Positions 18,977 to 28,734 of a DNA stretch of 64,000 bases are shown piece by piece. Source of the stretch: an uncultured bacterium (GTDB lineage Bacteria; Omnitrophota; Omnitrophia; Omnitrophales; Aquincolibacteriaceae); NCBI GenBank assembly GCA_964410905.1, contig CAYPIR010000011.1, forward strand, positions 1,813 through 65,812, given 5' to 3'. Below the pieces are notes generated by a model. It ran no database searches. It was not told the DNA's origin and saw only the letters and a list, made by a program, of their open reading frames with translations. The number at the start of each line of letters is the position of its first letter. Within the stretch, counting starts at the first letter, position 1. The position numbers and the translations under genes were made by a program.

Positions 18977-19789
18977 ATGAAAACAACAATTCCTTTTTAT
19001 AAAATGGTAGCATCGGGAAATGATTTTGTTGTGGTTGATAACCGCCAAAAAATTATAAGAGACACGGCCGCATGGGCGCGCCAAGTTTGCAAACCTCATC
19101 AAGGCGTTGGAGCGGACGGAGTTCTGCTTTTTGAAAATTCAAAAACAGCTAATTTTAAGATGCGCATAATCAACCTCGATGGGACAGAGGCGGCGGCGTG
19201 TGGAAACGGATTTCGCTGCATAGCTCTATATGCTAATCAAATTTTGAAATATTCATCACGCATACAATTCGAATCAGGCTCTGGACTAATAGAAGCTGAA
19301 GTGGAAAAAGACAATATTGTAAAAGTTCAGCTTGTTAAACCGAAGGTTTTCGATTTGGATTCTGAACTTTCTTTAACGCAAAATAAAATTCATTACACGT
19401 TTTTGGATACAGGCGTTCCGCATGTTGTGATTTTTGTTGAAGATTTAGAAATAGTAAATGTTTTTGAGGTGGGCAGACTTGTCCGTAATCACGCCAAGTT
19501 TCAGCCGTTTGGCGCGAATGTGAATTTTGTCGCTATACGCGGCAAAAAAGATATAGAAGTCAGAACATATGAGCGCGGAGTGGAAAATGAAACGCTTGCT
19601 TGTGGGACGGGCTCTACGGCATCGGCCGTGGCGAGTGTCCTGCGGGGGTTTACTGCGCCGCCTGTTCATGTCAAAACCCGAAGTGGTGAAGTCTTGAAAA
19701 TTGACATGAGTCTGAAGGACGGTAAAGTTGAAAAGGTTTTTTTGCAAGGGCATGCCCAAATTGTCTATAAAGGAGAGTATTTTTTATGA
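18977..19789 (+). CDS. dapF: Diaminopimelate epimerase
   Basis: Start ATG 18977 preceded by AAGGA. FYKMVASGNDFVVVDN, the catalytic Cys pair AACGNGFRC and LACGTGSTASAV. The track ORF begins at an upstream TTG (18956). Confidence 0.85.
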   Translation: MKTTIPFYKMVASGNDFVVVDNRQKIIRDTAAWARQVCKPHQGVGADGVLLFENSKTANFKMRIINLDGTEAAACGNGFRCIALYANQILKYSSRIQFESGSGLIEAEVEKDNIVKVQLVKPKVFDLDSELSLTQNKIHYTFLDTGVPHVVIFVEDLEIVNVFEVGRLVRNHAKFQPFGANVNFVAIRGKKDIEVRTYERGVENETLACGTGSTASAVASVLRGFTAPPVHVKTRSGEVLKIDMSLKDGKVEKVFLQGHAQIVYKGEYFL

Positions 19790-20673
19790 GTAATCCGAAA
19801 GTTAGATTTGAAGGTTCGATGACCGCTCTTGTTACGCCGTTTAAAAATGGCAAGGTCGATAAAAAAACTTTTAAAGAATTAATAGATTTCCAGATTGAAG
19901 AAGGGACAGATGTCCTCATTCCGTGCGGAACAACCGGCGAAGCGGCAACAATGTCTCATGAAGAACATCGAGATACGCTTAGCTTTGTTGTGGATTATGT
20001 CGCGGGCAGAGTTCCTGTTATTTGCGGGTGCGGATCCAATAACACAACGGAAGCGCTGGGTCTTATCCGCCACGCGAAAAGCATAAAGGCGAACGCCGCG
20101 CTTGTTGTAACGCCTTATTATAATAAGCCCACTCAAGAGGGACTTTTTAAGCATTACCAATATCTTGCCAGCCACGTTGATATTCCGATAATTCTCTATA
20201 ATGTGCCGGGCAGAACAGGCGTGTCGCTTACGCCGGAAACGGTCGCGCATCTTTCAAAAATAGAAAACATTGTGGCTATTAAAGAGGCGAGCGGAAGTCT
20301 AGACCAAGCAGATCAAATTATGCAGCTCTGCAACCTTCCCATTATATCCGGCGAAGATTCGCTTACTTTTCCGCTTATCGTGCTTGGTGCGCGCGGCGTT
20401 ATTTCGGTTGTTTCAAATGTGGTGCCGCGTTTGGTAAAACAAATGGTGTCGCTCGCGCTTGACGGCAAGATTGATGAAGCTCGGTCGATGCATAAAAAAC
20501 TTTATCCAATTTCAAAAACACTTTTTATCGAAACTAATCCGATACCGGCAAAAACAGCGCTGGCTATTATGAAAAAATTGACGCTTGAGTTTCGCCTGCC
20601 GCTCTGCGAGATGAAGCCGGAAAATGAAAAAAAACTGCGAGAAGTTTTAAAAAAATTGGGAGTGACGAAGTAG
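19786..20673 (+). CDS. dapA: 4-hydroxy-tetrahydrodipicolinate synthase
   Basis: ATGA overlaps the dapF stop. Motifs GSMTALVTPF, CGTTGEAATMSHEEH, and the Schiff-base Lys region IVAIKEASG. Confidence 0.85.
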   Translation: MSNPKVRFEGSMTALVTPFKNGKVDKKTFKELIDFQIEEGTDVLIPCGTTGEAATMSHEEHRDTLSFVVDYVAGRVPVICGCGSNNTTEALGLIRHAKSIKANAALVVTPYYNKPTQEGLFKHYQYLASHVDIPIILYNVPGRTGVSLTPETVAHLSKIENIVAIKEASGSLDQADQIMQLCNLPIISGEDSLTFPLIVLGARGVISVVSNVVPRLVKQMVSLALDGKIDEARSMHKKLYPISKTLFIETNPIPAKTALAIMKKLTLEFRLPLCEMKPENEKKLREVLKKLGVTK

Positions 20674-20708
20674 AGTTTTGCGGTAAAAAGTTATAAAGGA
20701 GAGACAAA

Positions 20709-21512
20709 ATGATTAAATTAGTTGTGGCTGGCGCGGCTGGACGAATGGGAAAAATTATCCTTAACCTCGCGCTTCAAGATAAAACTTTTAAAGTTGTCGG
20801 CGCTCTTGAGAGTCAAGGAAATCCTGTTTTAGGAAAAGACATTGGACTTATACTCGGTCGTGAACCTATGAGCAGGACTGTTACTCCATACGCTAACGCC
20901 GCGCTTAAGGACGCGGACGCTCTTATAGACTTCAGTCATTTTTCGGCAATTCCCGACTACCTTGATGCTGCTGTGAAAAACAAAACGGCGTATGTTATTG
21001 GCACTACCGCGATTCCTAAAGAAACGATGAGAAAAATCAAGCTGGCTTCAAAAAAAATACCAATAGTTCAGTCTCCAAACATGAGTGTCGGCGTGAATCT
21101 TCTTTTCAAGTTAATGGCGATCGCGGGGACGGTTTTGAACGATGACTATGATCTTGAAATTTCCGAAACTCATCACAGAATGAAAAAGGACGCGCCAAGC
21201 GGAACGGCCATGAAGCTTTTGGAAGTTCTTGCTAAGGCTCGCAAAAAGGATATTGAAAAAGATGTTGTTTACGGCAGGGTCGGGGATACCGGCGCGCGTG
21301 AAAAAGGCAAAATAGGCGTTTTTGCGCTGCGAGGCGGCGATGTCGTTGGAGATCACACTGTTTCTTTTTTAGGCGACGGCGAGAGAATTGAATTTACGCA
21401 CAAGGCGTCATCGCGCGAAGCCTTCGCGCGGGGAGCTCTTTTGGCAACGAAATTTCTTGCTAAAAAAAAGAACGGGTTCTATCATATGTCGCAAGTTTTA
21501 GGAATTGAATAG
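20709..21512 (+). CDS. dapB: 4-hydroxy-tetrahydrodipicolinate reductase
   Basis: MIKLVVAGAAGRMGK N-terminal NAD(P) motif and the E(L/I)SETHHR-KKDAPSGTA catalytic block. Confidence 0.85.
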   Translation: MIKLVVAGAAGRMGKIILNLALQDKTFKVVGALESQGNPVLGKDIGLILGREPMSRTVTPYANAALKDADALIDFSHFSAIPDYLDAAVKNKTAYVIGTTAIPKETMRKIKLASKKIPIVQSPNMSVGVNLLFKLMAIAGTVLNDDYDLEISETHHRMKKDAPSGTAMKLLEVLAKARKKDIEKDVVYGRVGDTGAREKGKIGVFALRGGDVVGDHTVSFLGDGERIEFTHKASSREAFARGALLATKFLAKKKNGFYHMSQVLGIE

Positions 21513-21626
21513 CAAATTTGTTCATTGTCATTTCCAGTTAAATCTTTCAGAAATGACGAAGTTTCATCTAACATTTTCTGTGATTCTTTCACACAATTAA
21601 TCAAACGCGAGAGAGTATTATTGTCG

Positions 21627-23543
21627 ATGAGAAGAATTAAAAAAAATTTAATAATCTCAATCGCATATCTTCTAGCCATATCTTCCCCAAGTTCCCAATC
21701 TTTCGCGGGTGATGGTCCGCAAATTTCAAGCTCGCATGAGCAAGATGTGTTGGTTCAAACCTCCTCCGCCGAAGCTCAAGCGCAATCTGCCTCACGAAAG
21801 GTTGCGGTTGTTAAACCGGCCGCGACATCAACAGCGAAAAAACATCTTAGTATCAATAGAAAGCCACCAGCTGTAAAAGCGGCTACTGCGGTTGATGTTC
21901 AAACGGCTACAACTCCTTCAAGTCATCCTGCGACATTAAAAAACAACGCGCAGAATGACGTAATGGACGAGGGCGGCGGCAATATCCGTTACGAACAAAT
22001 TGAACAAACAGATATTCCAGGCGTGAAATTGCCAACGCTTGAAATTCGTAAGTCGACTCAGTCAAGTGGTATGGATGTAAATCCTTTTGCCGATCAATTT
22101 TTTGTTCCGGCAAATCAGAAGACCGCAAATCGCGTGGAACTTGTTCGCGGATTTCCCATAATCAAGACGCCGAATAAATCCAAAAACACCGAATATTCCA
22201 TTGTTACGGATTTCAAATCAAACATCTTAAAATCTCGCTACCTTCCCGGTCTTAAAAATATAAAAGAAATTGACAGCTATATTAAAAGTAATGCTCAAGT
22301 CGCTCAATACGCGGGGACGGAGATTAGGCAACTTCCAGTCCCAACTGTCCAGGGCGGCGTAACAACTCTTTATTTTGTTGGAGAAAAAGCGTTTACGGAT
22401 GCCACCTCCGCGGCTCAAGCGGTAGATTTTGTTAAATTGGCAGTTGAATCATACGGCGGAAACTTTGCTGAAGTTGTGAAATCCGCGCCGGTTTATGTCC
22501 CAGAGCCTGAACCTGTCCTTGAAATAAAAACGCCCGCGCAGTTTAAACGCGAAGAAGAGTTGATGCTTAAGTTCACGGATCAACTTGGTATCGGTGAAAA
22601 GATGTATGGCGTGTTATATGGAGAAAATTCTGGAACGCCGATTACCTGGCAATCGTTTGGCGAAACAAGTTGGCGTATGACAAACCTTTCGGCAAGACAT
22701 TATGATACGCAGGTTGGATATTGGGCAAACCGCATTGTGTTTGGCGGTATTCGCTTTCCTTTAAATAATCTTTCGCCGTTCGTTGAATCAATTGTAAGTA
22801 TGGACTCAAGCGATACGTCCTGGACAAATAATCTTAGACTTTATGTCGGTATGGAATGGCGGCCTTTGGCTCGCAATCCTTGGCTTGTCAATTTTCGTCC
22901 ATACGGCGGGATCCCAATTTTGGAATGGATGCGGAACTATCGTTTTTATATTAAATACGGTGAACAATACAATATTAAAAACGAAATTCTCGGCGCGCAA
23001 CATTATGACCTTATTTGGGGCGTTCAATGTTTTTATGAATGGGGAACGGACTTGTCGCCACTTGACGAAGGAAAACCGGAAACTTTTGCCGACTATATCC
23101 GTCAATATGTTTGGGGAGAATATTTTGGCGACTACTATGTTTCCAAAACAGGATTTGCCAACAAAGCCGAGAAGCCAAGTTACAATGCCATCACGGCAAA
23201 CTCATCGCTTATTTTGGGTATTAAACTTCCCGGCATTCCTCTGCCAGAAAATCCCATAAATAACGAACTGGTTTTTATGCCTTATATGCGGTTTGAGCAT
23301 GTCAATAATTCTGATTATTCTGACTACTATCAAAACCAATACTTCATTGCCGCGGGCGTTCGCATTATGCCTTTCCGCGCATATAAATGGAAAGAAAACG
23401 AATGGTTATCCAAGATTGCTATTTTTGGAGAATGGGTCGGAGTCGGCCGCGCGCAGCGCAACAAACAAGATCCGGATACGCCGCCGTATATTCCCGACTA
23501 TGATTTGCGTTTTGGCGTTAAATTTTCAAGCAGGCGGTTTTAA
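21627..23543 (+). CDS. Secreted outer-membrane beta-barrel-type protein with an Ala/Ser/Thr/Pro-rich N-terminal linker (hypothetical)
   Basis: ATG 21627 gives a signal peptide (MRRIKKNLIISIAYLLAISSPSSQSFA). The low-complexity region contains the repeat-family block HPATLKNNAQND. A W/Y/G-rich ~480-aa C-terminal domain ends in an aromatic residue (..FSSRRF), typical of OMP C-termini. The stop overlaps the next start (TAATG). Confidence 0.5.
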   Translation: MRRIKKNLIISIAYLLAISSPSSQSFAGDGPQISSSHEQDVLVQTSSAEAQAQSASRKVAVVKPAATSTAKKHLSINRKPPAVKAATAVDVQTATTPSSHPATLKNNAQNDVMDEGGGNIRYEQIEQTDIPGVKLPTLEIRKSTQSSGMDVNPFADQFFVPANQKTANRVELVRGFPIIKTPNKSKNTEYSIVTDFKSNILKSRYLPGLKNIKEIDSYIKSNAQVAQYAGTEIRQLPVPTVQGGVTTLYFVGEKAFTDATSAAQAVDFVKLAVESYGGNFAEVVKSAPVYVPEPEPVLEIKTPAQFKREEELMLKFTDQLGIGEKMYGVLYGENSGTPITWQSFGETSWRMTNLSARHYDTQVGYWANRIVFGGIRFPLNNLSPFVESIVSMDSSDTSWTNNLRLYVGMEWRPLARNPWLVNFRPYGGIPILEWMRNYRFYIKYGEQYNIKNEILGAQHYDLIWGVQCFYEWGTDLSPLDEGKPETFADYIRQYVWGEYFGDYYVSKTGFANKAEKPSYNAITANSSLILGIKLPGIPLPENPINNELVFMPYMRFEHVNNSDYSDYYQNQYFIAAGVRIMPFRAYKWKENEWLSKIAIFGEWVGVGRAQRNKQDPDTPPYIPDYDLRFGVKFSSRRF

Positions 23544-26500
23544 TGTCTATTCAATCTAATAACAAAAAATTTGGTTTAAAATTTATAGCAAACGTCGTGG
23601 CGTTTTTTATGATCGCCTCATCGTTTGTGTTCGTTCCCGCTCAGCCCAAAGCATATGCTGCAACGGAATTTGGCAATCTTAATTTTGAACAGCCCTTGGG
23701 CGATGGTATGAACGGAACTTGGTCTAACGGTGAGCCTCAGAAAACATATGCCAAATACGATATTACAACTGCTGAAAAACACAGTGGATCATCAAGTTTA
23801 AGACTTCAAGCATATTACAAAGCAGGTTCGCCTCCAGATTATGAATCGACTTATACTTGGCAGGCTGTAGATGCGAGCGCTGGAGATTATGTGTCTGTTT
23901 CAGGTTGGGCAAAATCGACTGTTGGTTCGGGAGACGCTGGTGCTTTTGTTCAAATAAAATTTGAAAATGCTTCTGGACAGAACCTTTGCGGCGGGCCTGG
24001 TTATTGCGTGCAAACGCCAAAAATCACATCGGGCACATATACTAATTGGAAAGCTTTTCCTGTTATTTCTTATACTGCACCGGAAGGAACCGCTCGTGTG
24101 GTTATCGTTTTAAAAACAGATGGGGTTAGTGGTGGTAGCCCAAGTTATGGAACAACTTATTTTGATGATTTTATTGTAAATGTAACAAGAAACGGACTTA
24201 GTGTTACTGCTTCAAAACAACGAGTTTCTGTAGGCGACGCGGTTGGAGTTAATGGTACATTTACTAATGGTTCGGGCGCGCCGCTCAACGATGTTTTCGT
24301 TCATATTGATATGCCTAGCGGTTTTGACTTTGCTGATAAAACAGTTCGCGTTAATGGCAAACAAGCCATGTCGCAGACTCTGGGCGATATGCCAAACGAC
24401 ACCACTTACACATCAAGCATTGTTTTACTTGTTACAAGCGGCGTGCGTATTGGGCATCGTTACAAAATCCCAGTTTGGGTGGAAGATGCCGTTGGGAATG
24501 TTTTAGGACGGGCATATATTTACTTCGACATTGAAGCAGATCCCGTTTTTGATAAAGGAACGATTATTGGAAAGGTGTTTAATGACTTTAACGAAAACAC
24601 TGTTCAAGATTGCGGTGAAATGGGTGTGCCGTTTGTCAGTCTTTATACTGAAGAAGGCATTGGAATTGTTACCGACGAATACGGACGCTATCACCTTCCT
24701 AATGTAAACCCCGGCAGGCATATTGTGAAAATCGATGGACACAGTTTGCCCGAAGGAACAAAGTTTGTTACGGAAGAGGCCAAACTTGTAAAAACCACGC
24801 GCGGAATGATACAAAAAGCGAATTTTGCGATACTTTTGCCGCCATCTGGGATACCTGAAGAGTTTGCTCAAGACTTGCAAGTTATGGTAACGCAAGGCGT
24901 TGATGTGTTTCAGCCAACGCTTGATGTTTCAATCAATCAAGATGTTCTAAAGCTTGGTGTTGGAGTTTTTGAAAAAGAGCCTGTTTTTACATTCGATAAC
25001 AATTATGGAAAATATATAAAGAAATGGTCGCTTGAAATTCGCGATAGTTTTGGCGAATTGGTTTGGATTGGATATGGCGTTGGACAGCCGCCCGCGGAAG
25101 TTTCTTGGGCGGGCACGGCGGAAAACGGAATGCTTGTTACGCCAGGAATTTATTCTTATCAGCTTAAAGTTCGAGACGAACAATACAATGAAGATTGGAC
25201 AACGTTGAAGTTTTTTGAAGTGATGACTAAAAACGATCCGAAAGCGAGCGGAAATTATCATCCTGAGATTCCGTCAATCGGCGATTTTAATCTTTTTAAA
25301 GACGGCAAACGCAGTATTTCACTTAACGCGAAGCCTGTTGTTAGAGTTCAAGGAACTACTAAACTTGGCAACCAGATCACTATCAACGACACGCCCGTTA
25401 TGGTGGAAGAAGAAAGCGGAATGTTCCAAAAGGAGTTTTTTGTTACGCCCGGCACTCACGACATAAAAATTTCTACAACAAATCAAGACGGCGAAACAAC
25501 GAGCTTCACAAAATCTGTTACTGTAAAAGACAGCTCGCTTTTTATGGTCGCGCTTGCCGAACAGCAATTTGGGCTTAATCACAATCACGGTTCTATGGAG
25601 GCGGTAGAAGGCGATGAGTTCAGAAACGGGTTTCGCCAAGACGGCCGCGTGGCGTTTTTCCTAAAAGGGAAAATTAAAGGCAAGTTTCTTATCAAAGCAA
25701 AATATGACACCGAGGGCGAAGACGAAAATTATTTTACCAACCTCAATCCTAACGACTATTACCCGATTTATGGCGACAACTCAACCCGCGATTATGAAAC
25801 GCTTAGCACAACTCAGAAACTTTATATATTAGTAGAGATGGATAAAGCGTATGTAAAATGGGGAAGTTATGAAACGGAATTTACGGACACGGAACTTGCC
25901 TCGCATAACAGAACTCTTTCCGGTTTGAAAATTAATTATGACTCTGTTGAGACAACGGTTTATGGCGATTCAAAACGCGGGTTTAAACTTTATAGCGCGG
26001 AGTCTGAAACATTGTCCGACCATAACGAACTTTACGCGACGGGAGGTTCGCTCTTTTATACTCGCAATCGCCGAATCGCGATGGGAAGTGAGAAAATTCG
26101 TGTCGAGGTTCGCGACAAGATTCAAAATATGACAATCGCCAGCTATGATCTTCAAGCGTCTACCGACTATGAAATTAACTATGAGGAAGGACGCATTTTG
26201 CTGTCCCGTCCTCTTTCGTCAGTCGCGGCGGCTGACACGCTGATTTCCAACGATATTTTGGACGGCGCGCCGGTTTATTTGATCGTGGACTATGAATATG
26301 AACCTGCCGGACAGGCATATAAGGCGCTTACGAATCAAGGGCTTCGCGGTTATGTTTGGATGGGCGATCACATTCGTGTCGGCGGCACGGCAATTCAAGA
26401 AAAACGCGCTGACGCGGACTATCAATTACGCGGCGTGGACGCGTTGTTTAAAATTGGCCGCAATACAAAGATTACAGCGGAATACGCTCAATCGCTTAGC

Positions 26501-28276
26501 CATCTCAGCGGTTCGTCAGTTTCATATGATGGCGGTATCACTTATGCTGATATTCGTTATGCGGATGCTAGCGGGAACAGACAAAATTATTATAACGGCG
26601 GTGCGATCCCGAAAGACCCGGACACGCTTCAACACGCGTATTTAATCCGTGGTGCGTCTCAGCCCATTCGAGATCTTGAACTTTCTGGATATTTGCAAGG
26701 CGTTGAAAACGGATTTTCCAGCAACTTCAATATAGGTCAAGAAGGAACGCAGAAATATGGAGTTTCGGCACGTTATAAATTTACAGATAATTTTTCAATG
26801 CGTTACCGTTTTGATCGTGAAGACGTAATTGAAACGCTTCTTTCGGGCGGAAACGGTGTTTACGCGCCGTATCAAAATCGCGGCGTTCACACCGCGCAAG
26901 CGGTTTATGACAACGGTAAATATTTAGCCGCGCTTGAATACGCTAAAACAAACGCGTATGACGGTCAGGAGTCTCAATATCTTTTGCCGACAATAGACAA
27001 TCAAATTTCTTTTGACAACGGACTTGCCGCGAAGCTGGGTTATCATATAAACGACAAACTGCTTCCTTATATTAAGGCTCAAACGGTTTATGAAAGCAAA
27101 AGCAACCATCAATTTGGCGCGGGCGTGCGCTATCAAGTTTTAAATGATTTGTACGCGTATATTGAGCAGATGTATGGGAATTACGGAGATTCAACTTATT
27201 TTGGTTTTGAACGACAGCACAAAAACGGAGTCCGAAGTTACGCGAATATCCGCTCAATAGATAGGGGCATTGGCGATAAAGTTATCGGCACGGCGATCGG
27301 GAATTCGTTTTCGCTTACTCAAAACTCACGTGTTTATTCCGAACGTCAATATTCATCATATACCGGAAAAGACGCTTACGCGGATATTTTGGGATATGAA
27401 GGGAAAGCGGGGGATAATTGGGATTATGGAGCAAAGTTTGAACGCAGACGGCTAAATTATAAAGGGGATTGGATTTTAAGCCAGGCCGCGGCGGAATCCT
27501 TGGCGCGCGCGAATACATTTAATACCTTGGGCGGAAATTTGGGTTATGCACGGGGCAAAAAATTTCGCGCACGGACTTATTGGGAAATTCGTCACGATAA
27601 AGAGTCGCCGTCATTAGCGCAAATCGTAACGAGAAACTCCGTTAAATATCAATTTAACGAAGAATGGTCATGGCTTTCATATATGAATTATGGCGTGTCT
27701 GATCAATATGGAGAGGCCTCTGATTCCGCGAAATTTTTGGAATGGAATACAGGATTTGCGTATCGTCCGATTTATTGCGACAAATTGAATATGTTGGGCC
27801 GCTATACTTATACGCGTGATTTTGCTCCTGAGCAGCAATGGAAAAGTTCTTATTACAATGGCTATGGAACGGACGAGTCGGCGCATATTTTATCTTTTGA
27901 TATTGCTTATGATATAAGTAAATATTTTGGATTGGCCCAAAAATTTGCATTTAAGCAATCGCGTCTTTTTACCTCATATGGCGATACTGTCGCGGCGAAC
28001 ACGTTCTTGACTGCCACACGAGTAAATTTTCATGTAACCCGCAAATGGGATTTCGCAGTGGAGTATAGAATTTTGGGACAAAGTTACGCGCAAGAAACAT
28101 TGCGGCAGGGGGTCGTTGTTGAGCTTGACCGCGAAATTTATGAGTATGTTCGGCTTGGGATCGGCTACAATTTCACTGATTTTAGCGATGATTTGCGTTA
28201 TGACCAGGGCGATGTCCGCACAACTGACAACCTTCGTTCCAACGGCTTTTTTGTTCGCATGACAGGCAAGTTTTAA
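23543..28276 (+). CDS. Giant (1577 aa) secreted outer-membrane protein: signal peptide, CBM4/9-like jelly-roll module, SdrD-B/Cna-B-like beta-sandwich repeat(s), very large C-terminal beta-barrel-like domain
   Basis: Signal peptide (FMIASSFVFVPAQPKAYA). Residues ~40-215 have the CBM_4_9 pattern (W..GE....S...L.....G.....W...V.A..GDYV.SGWAK......F.AP.G.AR....L......YFDDF). GKVFNDFNENTVQDCGEMGVPFVSL..TDEYGRYHL.NVNPG is SdrD-B-like. The last ~900 aa are Y/G/N/D-rich alternating strands ending ..FFVRMTGKF. Confidence 0.6.
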   Translation: MSIQSNNKKFGLKFIANVVAFFMIASSFVFVPAQPKAYAATEFGNLNFEQPLGDGMNGTWSNGEPQKTYAKYDITTAEKHSGSSSLRLQAYYKAGSPPDYESTYTWQAVDASAGDYVSVSGWAKSTVGSGDAGAFVQIKFENASGQNLCGGPGYCVQTPKITSGTYTNWKAFPVISYTAPEGTARVVIVLKTDGVSGGSPSYGTTYFDDFIVNVTRNGLSVTASKQRVSVGDAVGVNGTFTNGSGAPLNDVFVHIDMPSGFDFADKTVRVNGKQAMSQTLGDMPNDTTYTSSIVLLVTSGVRIGHRYKIPVWVEDAVGNVLGRAYIYFDIEADPVFDKGTIIGKVFNDFNENTVQDCGEMGVPFVSLYTEEGIGIVTDEYGRYHLPNVNPGRHIVKIDGHSLPEGTKFVTEEAKLVKTTRGMIQKANFAILLPPSGIPEEFAQDLQVMVTQGVDVFQPTLDVSINQDVLKLGVGVFEKEPVFTFDNNYGKYIKKWSLEIRDSFGELVWIGYGVGQPPAEVSWAGTAENGMLVTPGIYSYQLKVRDEQYNEDWTTLKFFEVMTKNDPKASGNYHPEIPSIGDFNLFKDGKRSISLNAKPVVRVQGTTKLGNQITINDTPVMVEEESGMFQKEFFVTPGTHDIKISTTNQDGETTSFTKSVTVKDSSLFMVALAEQQFGLNHNHGSMEAVEGDEFRNGFRQDGRVAFFLKGKIKGKFLIKAKYDTEGEDENYFTNLNPNDYYPIYGDNSTRDYETLSTTQKLYILVEMDKAYVKWGSYETEFTDTELASHNRTLSGLKINYDSVETTVYGDSKRGFKLYSAESETLSDHNELYATGGSLFYTRNRRIAMGSEKIRVEVRDKIQNMTIASYDLQASTDYEINYEEGRILLSRPLSSVAAADTLISNDILDGAPVYLIVDYEYEPAGQAYKALTNQGLRGYVWMGDHIRVGGTAIQEKRADADYQLRGVDALFKIGRNTKITAEYAQSLSHLSGSSVSYDGGITYADIRYADASGNRQNYYNGGAIPKDPDTLQHAYLIRGASQPIRDLELSGYLQGVENGFSSNFNIGQEGTQKYGVSARYKFTDNFSMRYRFDREDVIETLLSGGNGVYAPYQNRGVHTAQAVYDNGKYLAALEYAKTNAYDGQESQYLLPTIDNQISFDNGLAAKLGYHINDKLLPYIKAQTVYESKSNHQFGAGVRYQVLNDLYAYIEQMYGNYGDSTYFGFERQHKNGVRSYANIRSIDRGIGDKVIGTAIGNSFSLTQNSRVYSERQYSSYTGKDAYADILGYEGKAGDNWDYGAKFERRRLNYKGDWILSQAAAESLARANTFNTLGGNLGYARGKKFRARTYWEIRHDKESPSLAQIVTRNSVKYQFNEEWSWLSYMNYGVSDQYGEASDSAKFLEWNTGFAYRPIYCDKLNMLGRYTYTRDFAPEQQWKSSYYNGYGTDESAHILSFDIAYDISKYFGLAQKFAFKQSRLFTSYGDTVAANTFLTATRVNFHVTRKWDFAVEYRILGQSYAQETLRQGVVVELDREIYEYVRLGIGYNFTDFSDDLRYDQGDVRTTDNLRSNGFFVRMTGKF

Positions 28277-28345
28277 CGATTGTTTTCTCGAGTTGCGCTG
28301 AATTTGGCGCAGTTCACGGGTAATAAAGATAAAGGACATTTAAAT

Positions 28346-28729
28346 ATGAAAAAACTTTTTTCTTTTTGTCTTATCGCGGCCTTGACTCTTTCGCTTTCCG
28401 CTTGCAAAACGCTTGAAGTCGCGGACCCGTCCGCGAAGAAACTCACGTTTCAACTCCCGTATGATCTGACGTATTTGCGAGTTCTTGAAGCCGTTGATGG
28501 TTATAAGGATTGGCAGCTCGCGCTGACTGAAAAAGAGCAAGGAACTTTGAAGCTGCGCGATGTTAATTATTCAAATTTAGTGGATGCCGATTTGCGCGAA
28601 ATAACGATTTTGATTGAACGCATTGATCCTACCACGACGGCGGTTTATCTTTCTCCGAGTTCACAAAAAGGCGGAAAAGATGTTTTGAATAAGATTAAGG
28701 AGACGCTCGCAAAAGTTGTAAAGCGTTAA
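28346..28729 (+). CDS. Small lipoprotein (hypothetical, 127 aa)
   Basis: ATG 28346 gives MKKLFSFCLIAALTLSLSAC with a lipobox LSAC. The track ORF starts at an upstream in-frame Met (28280), which lacks signal-peptide logic. Confidence 0.45.
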   Translation: MKKLFSFCLIAALTLSLSACKTLEVADPSAKKLTFQLPYDLTYLRVLEAVDGYKDWQLALTEKEQGTLKLRDVNYSNLVDADLREITILIERIDPTTTAVYLSPSSQKGGKDVLNKIKETLAKVVKR

Positions 28730-28734
28730 GCCTC

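Noticed and set aside
21525-21626. Upstream in-frame extension of the 21627 secreted-protein ORF
   Set aside because: The first 34 codons (MSFPVKSFRNDEV...) lack signal-peptide character and run into the dapB terminator-proximal region. The Met at 21627 gives a canonical signal peptide.
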